DNA from: Calditrichales bacterium
GTDB taxonomy: Bacteria; Calditrichota; Calditrichia; Calditrichales; J004
NCBI GenBank assembly: GCA_965267575.1
Contig: OZ254086.1
Span: 1,248,001-1,312,000 of the forward strand
Reading direction: 5' to 3'
DNA length: 64,000 nt
The position numbers were made by a program, and so were the translations under genes. Below are positions 29,166 to 37,578 of the stretch, one piece after another (the first letter of the stretch is position 1; every line of letters begins with the position of its first letter). A model generated the notes under the pieces. That model was not told the origin of the DNA. It worked only from the letters and a program-made list of their open reading frames with translations, and made no database searches.

Positions 29166-29801
29166 CTAAAAACCAAAATTATAGATGCGCAGGCCGACGC
29201 GGAATCCAAGGCCGGACATGCGAATCTCCGACCGGACGGGCAGGCCCAATTCAGTTTCCCCCTGGTCACGCGATGGCGTGCTATGATGGTAAACCAGCTC
29301 GCCAAAAAAATCGGAAGCGCGCGAGATGGGCATGCTGACCCCAGCGCTTATATGCCAGGCAAAGCCACTGAAGAATTTGGTCTTGTCGATATTTTCTTCA
29401 TACTTGGTGACGCTGTTCCATAACAGCTCGTAGCCGACACCGCCCGTTACCTTCAAATCCAGGGCCGGTGAAACAGGCCCGACATAATTTAAATTAAAAA
29501 ACAACGGGATCGCCGTCATGCTTTGATCAACTTCGCGGGCGACCACTGTTATATCGCCTTGTCCCTGATCTTCCACGCGGATCTTGGTATCCTTGGTGTA
29601 ACTGCTATGATAAAAATCCATACCAAAGCTAATACCGACATTTTCGTCGACCATGCGTCCCAGGTTTATCCCGCCAAAAAAGCCGCCTTTAGCATCTTCC
29701 GGCCCAAGATAGCCGGCCTTAAATTCTGTCATTCTGTTATCTGCCATTATAAAGCCGGCAAAAATTAACAACGTCCAAATCGCTCTGTGTACTGTTTTCA
29801 T
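29166..29801 (-). CDS. small outer-membrane beta-barrel protein
   Basis: Signal peptide, alternating beta strands, C-terminal F. Confidence 0.7.
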   Translation of the reverse strand: MKTVHRAIWTLLIFAGFIMADNRMTEFKAGYLGPEDAKGGFFGGINLGRMVDENVGISFGMDFYHSSYTKDTKIRVEDQGQGDITVVAREVDQSMTAIPLFFNLNYVGPVSPALDLKVTGGVGYELLWNSVTKYEENIDKTKFFSGFAWHISAGVSMPISRASDFFGELVYHHSTPSRDQGETELGLPVRSEIRMSGLGFRVGLRIYNFGF

Positions 29802-29824
29802 AGAATCACCCCACTTGTTCCGGA

Positions 29825-30721
29825 CTAGTTTTCCAATCTGTCTTCCAGGAAACTGGCCTTGAGCCACTTTTCAAAGTTGCCCTCGATAACACAATCGTGG
29901 CAGGCCCTGGTGTATTTTAAAAGTATTTTTGTGTCACGTGATAAAACCGTGTTGTATTTAAGTCCCTTTAACGAAAGCAGCTTGGCAAACTCCTTATGCT
30001 CTTCGGCGAGGTGGTCCGTATAAATGCTGCGCAGCTTGTTTTCGTAGTCCTGTTCCAGCCAGGGAATCAGTCTGTCCGTTAAATCATAAAAAGCGTCAAA
30101 CAGAAAAACTTCCTTAATTTTATTGCCAACACCGCCGTTTACCAGCCCAAGTATGGCCGGCCTGTAGCCCCCACTGTGCGCACTGATGATCACATTGCCC
30201 AACTCTTTGGCAGCGATTCTGTTTTCCGCTTTTAAAAGATCCAGCGTCTCCATGATAAACATACGCAGACCGTTTTTTTCCTCCATCTTACCGCCGGCCG
30301 AATCCATGGCGTTCTTAGGCCCCTGGGCAAAGATAAGAATGGCGTTCTTGTTGGAGCGCACCAGCTGCGGCGGCATGTCGAAATCGTGCATAACGTTTAT
30401 AACCTCATTGCCCCAACCATGAAAATGGACGATAACATCGTTTTGGCCGCCATAGGAAAAATAGTTGTCGGGGATAAAAACGATGGCCGAGCTATCGCTG
30501 TAATTAACGGAATAGGTAAAGACCATATTTTTATAGGTATGGCCGCTTTTCCGCGATGCGTGGGGAAAGGGACTACTCTGCAGATAAACACGTGCCCACG
30601 AGCCGCCTTCCGAATTGTGCCACACCACACTGGACTTTTGCTGCTGCCTGGTATCATCCGCGCCAACGGCCATAACAACTGCCGTAAAGCAAATAAAAGA
30701 TACCAGGATGGGGAAACGCAT
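29825..30721 (-). CDS. exported alpha/beta-hydrolase-fold protein
   Basis: Signal peptide, VHFHGW, ISAHSGG nucleophile elbow, LFDAFY. Confidence 0.7.
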   Translation of the reverse strand: MRFPILVSFICFTAVVMAVGADDTRQQQKSSVVWHNSEGGSWARVYLQSSPFPHASRKSGHTYKNMVFTYSVNYSDSSAIVFIPDNYFSYGGQNDVIVHFHGWGNEVINVMHDFDMPPQLVRSNKNAILIFAQGPKNAMDSAGGKMEEKNGLRMFIMETLDLLKAENRIAAKELGNVIISAHSGGYRPAILGLVNGGVGNKIKEVFLFDAFYDLTDRLIPWLEQDYENKLRSIYTDHLAEEHKEFAKLLSLKGLKYNTVLSRDTKILLKYTRACHDCVIEGNFEKWLKASFLEDRLEN

Positions 30722-30888
30722 AGAAACTCCGCAGAATGTCATAATTATAGCTGAAAATACGTTTGCAAACGGATTCAAGTCAAATATCACAGTTCATATT
30801 TTGGCCACCTGATTCAAATTTTTAAGCATCCTGAAATATTAGCGATTATCAATATTAAACACGGATGTTTTAAACAAAGGATCAGGCT

Positions 30889-31632
30889 ATGACACGTCAG
30901 AACATCAGACGCTCCATTCAGGAGATTTATGACCAGTTTTGTCAGCGCAGCCCGGCTTTGGAGTTCACGCTGGAATCAATCTATCTCATTTTTGATATAG
31001 GAAATGAGGTGTTTCTGAAAAACAGCGATGAAGAATACGAAAAGCTTGCTCAGCACCCGACTTCAAACGCACCGGACATCATGGATGATGAACCGTTCAG
31101 CTTTGACCGGACCATGGCAATTTACCAGGATTTGCAGCCACTCTACACGGAAGTAAACCCGCAGCTTATCCAACGCGTTTTTGAAGTGAACAGCCGGTTT
31201 GCCTGGAGCGAGTACAAGCAAAAATACCGCTCCTATATACTTGAAATCTACGATGAGCAGAAAAACGATGAGTATATCTGCTACCTAGCCGCTGTACTCC
31301 ATTACGACGGGCACGAATTCGAAAAAGCCATCGCATGTCTGAACCGCGCCTACGCCCAGAACAATTCCTGCAGCATGATATGTCACTTAAGGGGGTTATG
31401 CTATCTGCAACTGGGACAAATGGAAGAAGCGCGAAGCGATCTTTATCAGGGATTGTTCCTTATTGAATTACTTCAGGATGTACCGCCAAGAATGCAAGGC
31501 GAGGATGAGATCTATCCTAATTATCCGCTGGAATATCACACCTCTGCAGATGTCATCCGCAGCGATATTCAAAAGCTGGATCAGGTTGAGGACTTCTATC
31601 AGGCATCCGTAGTACCGCTTTTAGGTGCTTGA
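30889..31632 (+). CDS. TPR-containing hypothetical protein
   Basis: TPR-like EFEKAIACLNRAY and HLRGLCYLQLGQMEEARSDL. Confidence 0.7.
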   Translation: MTRQNIRRSIQEIYDQFCQRSPALEFTLESIYLIFDIGNEVFLKNSDEEYEKLAQHPTSNAPDIMDDEPFSFDRTMAIYQDLQPLYTEVNPQLIQRVFEVNSRFAWSEYKQKYRSYILEIYDEQKNDEYICYLAAVLHYDGHEFEKAIACLNRAYAQNNSCSMICHLRGLCYLQLGQMEEARSDLYQGLFLIELLQDVPPRMQGEDEIYPNYPLEYHTSADVIRSDIQKLDQVEDFYQASVVPLLGA

Positions 31633-33372
31633 TTTTTCCAGCAATTCGAGACCGCTAGAAATAATGCTGTCCAGTTCATCGGACGTCTGCTTTACTTTAT
31701 CCAGATGCGACATAAGCTCCGCTTGCAATGCGTCGCTGCTGTCCATTTCCCGGGCCAGTTCATAGATCTCCAGCGGCAGCAACCACTCTCCTTTATAGTT
31801 ATCCCGCACCATATTAAAGATCTCGCTGAGCTTTGGCAGTTCCGCGGTTTTTTGCCGGCGCATGTCGCGCACCTCTTTATAGAGCAGATGCAGGCTTTTC
31901 TCTTTGTCGCTGTACTTTATAGGAATGGCTTTCCGTTTTGACTTTTCAGGAAATACATTGTGTTTCAGTTTGTCTGCCGTTCCCGCAAAAACGGACGGGA
32001 GTTCTGCTCCAAGCGCCATATCATATTCGCCCCAATCCGGTTGGAACAAAGTTTCATTGTCAGGTCCTGTCACTGTGCAGTTTGTAAATGTCATCAGCAG
32101 GTTTTTGCCATTTTCGCGCAGTGTCTTTAATAATTCTCCGCGTACACGCACCCCGCCCTCAAAGCGCAGGTCGTAAATACCGTCATCGTTTTGAAACTGC
32201 TCCAGCTCGGCCTCAGTCATATCTTCCAGCGGCTTTGGATTATCTTCCAGAACGCCGACCGGCGATCCGTAGCCTCCTTTGTGGTAGTCCGGGCCGTGAC
32301 CCTCAAGAATATGGTTTTTATAGGACAGACTGGTCGGACCTTCAGTTTTAATATACACCGGTTCATCGCCGTTAATGATCGCGATTTTAAATAGCCCCGA
32401 GACCTGCAGACCGCTGGAATATTGGCATGTAGCTTCGGTACCCGATTCAAGCGCCTTTCTCAGGCCGAAAGCTCCGCCTTTTCGAAAAGCCATGCCATCG
32501 GCGAATTCTTCAAGCACATCCAGCAAATGCTGCCAGTCGCGATTTACAAATAGCTGCGGCTGTTCTTTTGTGATGTCGTAATTGTATTCCGTGCATTCGA
32601 TAGTGAGTGGCAGCTTTTTGACCCGTGGACCCATACAGTTTTTGCTTTCTCCCACGGAGCTTAACAATCCGGCCCCGTAAAGCTTGTAATCTTCCACGTT
32701 ACCAATCAGGCCGTATTCCACTGTCCACCAATGCAACCGCGACAACTTGGTCATTTCACTTGGATTTGTGTTCTGCTCAATCTTTTCGGCAAGATCCTTT
32801 TCCGCATCTTCAATTTCCTTGTCCGTTGTTTCCGGGTATTCCTTGATGATGGAGAGATATCGGATCGCTTCGTAAATCTCCTGGTCCAGTTTTGAGCTGA
32901 ATGCTTTTGTACCGTAATAGCCGAATTTCTGCAGGAACTCGCTGTATTTTTCGTCGGCAATTATCGGCGCATGTCCCGCCGCCTCGTGCACAATATCCGG
33001 TGCCGGCGTATAAAGAACATGTTTGATGTTGCGGATGTCCGCTGAAATTACAAGTATTTTATGATACTGAAATTCCATAAAAACAGCCGGCGGCAAAAAG
33101 CCGTCCACGATGACTGCTTTCCAGCCTATGCGTTCCAGACAATCATTCATTTCATCTATGTCCGGAACGTGGCTAATGCTGATGCCGGTTTTGGAGAGTC
33201 CTTCCATGTAAGCAGGATGCGCATGTTTTTTCAGAAAATCGATGTTTCGACGCATGATATAGCGCCAAACCGCCTGATCCTGCCAGGTGTAGCGATCATA
33301 GTTCTGATCAACCACATATTGTCTCAGGTGCTTGGGTATGCTTTCATAGAGAATGCGAAACTTTTCAGTCAT
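31621..33372 (-). CDS. phhA: aromatic amino acid hydroxylase (phenylalanine 4-monooxygenase, long form)
   Basis: YTPAPDIVHEAAGHAP, WWTVEYGLI, YGAGLLSSVGE, YDITKEQPQLFV. Confidence 0.9.
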   Translation of the reverse strand: MTEKFRILYESIPKHLRQYVVDQNYDRYTWQDQAVWRYIMRRNIDFLKKHAHPAYMEGLSKTGISISHVPDIDEMNDCLERIGWKAVIVDGFLPPAVFMEFQYHKILVISADIRNIKHVLYTPAPDIVHEAAGHAPIIADEKYSEFLQKFGYYGTKAFSSKLDQEIYEAIRYLSIIKEYPETTDKEIEDAEKDLAEKIEQNTNPSEMTKLSRLHWWTVEYGLIGNVEDYKLYGAGLLSSVGESKNCMGPRVKKLPLTIECTEYNYDITKEQPQLFVNRDWQHLLDVLEEFADGMAFRKGGAFGLRKALESGTEATCQYSSGLQVSGLFKIAIINGDEPVYIKTEGPTSLSYKNHILEGHGPDYHKGGYGSPVGVLEDNPKPLEDMTEAELEQFQNDDGIYDLRFEGGVRVRGELLKTLRENGKNLLMTFTNCTVTGPDNETLFQPDWGEYDMALGAELPSVFAGTADKLKHNVFPEKSKRKAIPIKYSDKEKSLHLLYKEVRDMRRQKTAELPKLSEIFNMVRDNYKGEWLLPLEIYELAREMDSSDALQAELMSHLDKVKQTSDELDSIISSGLELLEKSST

Positions 33373-36300
33373 TTTTTACCTCTTTTTTATTAGACTTTTT
33401 TTCCGGCAGCAACGCTTTTTTAATTTTGCCAAGGTCATAGCCGCTCTCTCCGGCCAGCTTCTTTGCCCTGTCCAGGCCGGCAATCACGCTTCGGTTGAAT
33501 GTGACCAAACCGCCCTTCGAATGCATCATTATGTAAACAAAAGCCTGCCAGTCCAGAAAATGCTCCCAGCGCTCCTTATTGATATACTCCTGTCCCTGGT
33601 AAACGTTATGGGCGAGGATCTCCCTCACATCAGACAAATTAAGAAACTCGCCAAGCTTGTCAACCGACGGCTCCGCTTCGATCATTTCAAATAAATTCTC
33701 ATACTTGACGCTTATGGCAACATTCTTACGCGCCAGTCCATCAAGGTCATCCATAGTGCGCTTAATGATTTTGTTCATAAACCAGTTGTTCCAGCTTTTT
33801 TCCGCGTTAGCCCCCGAATGGTACGATAGCATAATTTGCAAAGTAGCGACAACGGCCAGTGTTTTCAGCTCAATTTCGGTGGACCATTTTTCAATAAAAT
33901 GCTTTTCCGCTTCGGTCTTCCTGGCCATTTTCTGAATTGCCGTGCTGTTTTTATGTATCCGGGTCCAGCGTTTAAAAAGCAGGGTTTCCAGTTTTGTTTT
34001 ATCGGATTCCCATTCCGCAAAGCTCCAGACCGCGTCAATAAAGCGCACCGGCTGCACAATATCCTCACGCTTGAATGCCTCTTTGCGGTTATGCCATTTC
34101 GTGTTGAGAATATGCCCGATCAGGTTTTCCATGGCTGTTATGAGCGGCGCCAGCTTAAGTTCCTCCATGGCATCGTCCACCGACGCCACAGCACGTCCCT
34201 GCAAGCGGCTGTACAGTTCGTGATATGGATGCTCCTGATTATGATATACAATACGGATTGGTGTAAAGACCATATATTTAAAAGCCCCTAATTGCGCGTA
34301 AAAGCCCGATTCAATTATTTCCGTACTGCGGCGCAGGACCTCCGTCTGGCTGATATGATCATGAAGGATTACATACTGGTTGGGATCATGCGACAGGCCA
34401 AGACCATCCGCCAGCGATGTACGCCGTAGATTATCGTTACCGTCGTTATAGCCAACGCTTGTTCTTACCCAGCCGGCCGTATCATTGTATTTATTATTAT
34501 AAAGAACCAGACTGCGCTCATCATGATAGATATTGCTGTAGCAAAAAACGTTCTCATCAACTGTGCCGTGCATGGTTTCAAAATCGTAAAACAGGAAATG
34601 ATCCACTTCACTGAACAGGCGGCGCTTTTTAAGCAGGGGAAAGACTTCAAGCTTGTGGCGGTTTACCAGGTACTCATCGTCTTTTTCGTCCCAGTAGGCG
34701 CGTCTGTATTCCATGCCGTATTTTTCAGAATAACCTTCTATCTGTCCGTGCCCGAACATAGGCAAACCCGGCATCGTACACATCAAAATACAAATTCCAA
34801 AATACTTATCGCCTTTTCCGAACTGCGCCACGGCCGTCTCTTCATCCGGGTTGTTCATAAAATTGACATAGCGCTTTAAAATTTGCGGATTGAATTCCAG
34901 CACGTTTCTAATCATCTCACGGTACTTGGCGTTTTCTTCTTTCTTGAGCATATTCATGAACGCGCTGTTGTAAACACGGTGCATGCCCAGCGAGCGAACA
35001 AAATAGCCTTCCATCATCCAGAAAGCCTCCGCCAGCAACAATGTATCCGGCACCTCCTGCTGAACACGGTCAACGACCTCGCGCCAAAATTCTACGGGAA
35101 ATAATTCATTGAACTGGTCTTTGGTAAGCCCGTGTTCTGCCCGCGAAGGAATATCCCCTCCGCTGCCTGGTTCCGGAAACCATAGCCGCTGGAAATGTCG
35201 CTTTGCCAGCGTCATTGCTGCATCGAAGCGAATAATGGGAAACTGTCGTGCCACATGCAAAATCGTTTGTACAACGGCTTCGCGCACCTGCGGGTTAAGA
35301 TAGTTGAGCTGCGCTGTGTCGTTCCAGGGCATGCCGGTGCCATCGTTGCCATGGTAGATATAGCGAGCCCGGTTATCGCGGTGATCCCATATTTTAAAGA
35401 CCACTGCGGCGTCGGTTTTATCCCAGTAGCCATCCTCGATGTGGATGCTTAAATCAGGATCTTCGCTTAAATCTACACCATGAAAACTATATCCCGGAAA
35501 CGGCGGGTGTTCGGATTGAACGAACCAGTCCGGATGTTGTTTTATCCAGCGGCTGTCCAGACCTGTGTGATTAGGCACCATATCGGACGCCAGGCGGATG
35601 CCCCGTCTCCACGCTCTGTCCCGCAAATTGTAATAGGCCTGCTCACCGCCCAGATCATTGGCAATAACATAATCATACAAAGAATAGGCTGAGGCCACGG
35701 CTTCAGGGTTTCCGTTGATCTGCTTGATCTTTCGCGAAGCACTGCTGCGCTCCCAGACACCGATAAGCCATAATCCGGTAATGCCAAAATTCGCCAGCCT
35801 GTTCAGCTCTTCATCGGGGATTTGGTCCAGGCGGTTTATTTCCAGACCATATTTTTTGGAAAGTTGATCCAGCCAGACATACGTACTTTTCGCAATCAGC
35901 ACAAGGTGAGGCATCCAGTCCAGGTCCGGGCTGAATTGCTCCGGTTCAAACTCATATTCCGGGCCGAATCCGGGCACATTTGTCTCCGGCTCGTGAAACA
36001 CTCCCGGATCAAAGCGTTTTGCTTCCTCACGGAACAGGTCCATGCTCATCAGGATAAGCGAAAGAAAACCACCGGCCAGATCGCGCCAGCGTGAGCGTAT
36101 AAATTCCAGCTGATCGTAGACTGACTCCGGGTGACTGAGCAAAGGACTCAACAGAAAATCAATAAGCGACAAATCAGTACCGGGCACACTGGCCTGTTTA
36201 CGTAAGTAAGCCGTTAAACCGCCAAGCGCCTTTTCATATATGTCGGTAAGCTTCAGCTCCGAATCGTTGATCAGCTCCTTGATATTTTTATAGGCAGGAT

Positions 36301-36808
36301 TGCGGTTGTTAAGCCACTGTACGAGCATCTCCTCCATAACAATTTCGCGGTTGGACAGCTCGCCGCTCTGGCCCTTTATATATTGCGCTGCGGTTATTTC
36401 CCCCCTGTAAACCGCCGGTGGCGGAAATATATCAACAAAGCGCGCTAACAGTGCATCCCGGTTTTTGGTGCCATATTCCCCGGCCAGCCTGTCCAGGATG
36501 TCATTTAAAACGGATGGGTTTACCTGCTTGCGGTAATTTTCAATCACAAAATGGAAGATCTCATCAATCAGACCCATCGCCTGTATTTCTGCCGCGCTGA
36601 CCCCCTGACCCGGCGGACGCGTCGCGTTGATCTTTTGAGCAAAGCGCCGGGCTCCGTTAAAGTTTGCAAAAACGACCCTTCCGCGTATGGAGAAAAGATC
36701 TTCATCAAAGCGGTACTTATCCCTGGAAGCGCGGGTTACGTGAAAATGAAAAAGCGGAGATTGTTCATCACCTGTATTGTGATTTTTCTGGTCAACGGTG
36801 AGGATCAT
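33365..36808 (-). CDS. large GH13 alpha-amylase family protein
   Basis: DMVPNH, RFDAAMTL, LAEAFW, NNPDEE catalytic regions; no signal peptide; start uncertain (36808 or 36850). Confidence 0.88.
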   Translation of the reverse strand: MILTVDQKNHNTGDEQSPLFHFHVTRASRDKYRFDEDLFSIRGRVVFANFNGARRFAQKINATRPPGQGVSAAEIQAMGLIDEIFHFVIENYRKQVNPSVLNDILDRLAGEYGTKNRDALLARFVDIFPPPAVYRGEITAAQYIKGQSGELSNREIVMEEMLVQWLNNRNPAYKNIKELINDSELKLTDIYEKALGGLTAYLRKQASVPGTDLSLIDFLLSPLLSHPESVYDQLEFIRSRWRDLAGGFLSLILMSMDLFREEAKRFDPGVFHEPETNVPGFGPEYEFEPEQFSPDLDWMPHLVLIAKSTYVWLDQLSKKYGLEINRLDQIPDEELNRLANFGITGLWLIGVWERSSASRKIKQINGNPEAVASAYSLYDYVIANDLGGEQAYYNLRDRAWRRGIRLASDMVPNHTGLDSRWIKQHPDWFVQSEHPPFPGYSFHGVDLSEDPDLSIHIEDGYWDKTDAAVVFKIWDHRDNRARYIYHGNDGTGMPWNDTAQLNYLNPQVREAVVQTILHVARQFPIIRFDAAMTLAKRHFQRLWFPEPGSGGDIPSRAEHGLTKDQFNELFPVEFWREVVDRVQQEVPDTLLLAEAFWMMEGYFVRSLGMHRVYNSAFMNMLKKEENAKYREMIRNVLEFNPQILKRYVNFMNNPDEETAVAQFGKGDKYFGICILMCTMPGLPMFGHGQIEGYSEKYGMEYRRAYWDEKDDEYLVNRHKLEVFPLLKKRRLFSEVDHFLFYDFETMHGTVDENVFCYSNIYHDERSLVLYNNKYNDTAGWVRTSVGYNDGNDNLRRTSLADGLGLSHDPNQYVILHDHISQTEVLRRSTEIIESGFYAQLGAFKYMVFTPIRIVYHNQEHPYHELYSRLQGRAVASVDDAMEELKLAPLITAMENLIGHILNTKWHNRKEAFKREDIVQPVRFIDAVWSFAEWESDKTKLETLLFKRWTRIHKNSTAIQKMARKTEAEKHFIEKWSTEIELKTLAVVATLQIMLSYHSGANAEKSWNNWFMNKIIKRTMDDLDGLARKNVAISVKYENLFEMIEAEPSVDKLGEFLNLSDVREILAHNVYQGQEYINKERWEHFLDWQAFVYIMMHSKGGLVTFNRSVIAGLDRAKKLAGESGYDLGKIKKALLPEKKSNKKEVKND

Positions 36809-36909
36809 CTTTTTCCCTTGAATAATTCTTAATAGGTTAACGTTTATCATCCTGCCAATTTAAAGGAGCTAAAGTGGAATTTAACTATAAACCTCGTGTA
36901 ATTTACGGT

Positions 36910-37512
36910 ATGAACAGCTTTGATGAAAAATCCCTTAAAAAAGACCCGTTCGAACAATTCCATATCTGGCTCAAAGAGGCTATGGACAGCGGTTTGCGGG
37001 AGCCCAATGCCATGACCCTGGCCACAGTGGATCAAAACGGCCAGCCTTGTGCACGTATGGTATTGCTGAAAGAACTAAATGATAAAGGATTTGTCTTCTA
37101 TACCAATTATAAAAGCGATAAGTCGCTGCAACTGCAAAGCAATTCACAGTGTGCGCTTGTATTTTGGTGGGACAAACTGGAGCGGCAGGTGAGAATACGG
37201 GGCAATGCTGAAAAAATAGATTCCGGCATCTCCGACGATTACTTTGCCACAAGACCTCGCGGCAGCCAGATTGCGGCATGGGCCAGTGCACAAAGTTCAG
37301 TTATCTTATCTCGTGATGCACTTGAAAGGGAGTTCAAAAGCGCGGAAAAACGTTTTGCCGATTCAGCTATCCCAAGGCCCGAACATTGGGGCGGCTATTT
37401 TGTCATTCCGGATTCAATCGAATTCTGGCAGGGAAGAAAAAACCGCCTTCATGACAGATTGCTTTTTACCCGCGGTGAAAATGCCTGGCAAATACAGCGG
37501 CTTGCTCCCTGA
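36910..37512 (+). CDS. pdxH: pyridoxamine 5'-phosphate oxidase
   Basis: EPNAMTLAT, RMVLLK, FYTNY.S.K, RQVRI.G, EFWQGRKNRLHDR; start may be GTG at 36874. Confidence 0.95.
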   Translation: MNSFDEKSLKKDPFEQFHIWLKEAMDSGLREPNAMTLATVDQNGQPCARMVLLKELNDKGFVFYTNYKSDKSLQLQSNSQCALVFWWDKLERQVRIRGNAEKIDSGISDDYFATRPRGSQIAAWASAQSSVILSRDALEREFKSAEKRFADSAIPRPEHWGGYFVIPDSIEFWQGRKNRLHDRLLFTRGENAWQIQRLAP

Positions 37513-37522
37513 TCCTATTAAC

Positions 37523-37553
37523 AAAAAAGGCTGCCAAACCGGGGCAGCCTTTT
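37523..37553. terminator. bidirectional intrinsic terminator
   Basis: AAAAAAGGCTGCC-aaaccgg-GGCAGCCTTTT between convergent genes. Confidence 0.82.
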
Positions 37554-37578
37554 CACTTATATTAACCGTTTCTATTTC

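Noticed and set aside
36847-37035. 62-aa minus-strand ORF upstream of GH13
   Set aside because: Antisense to pdxH, with no coding signature.
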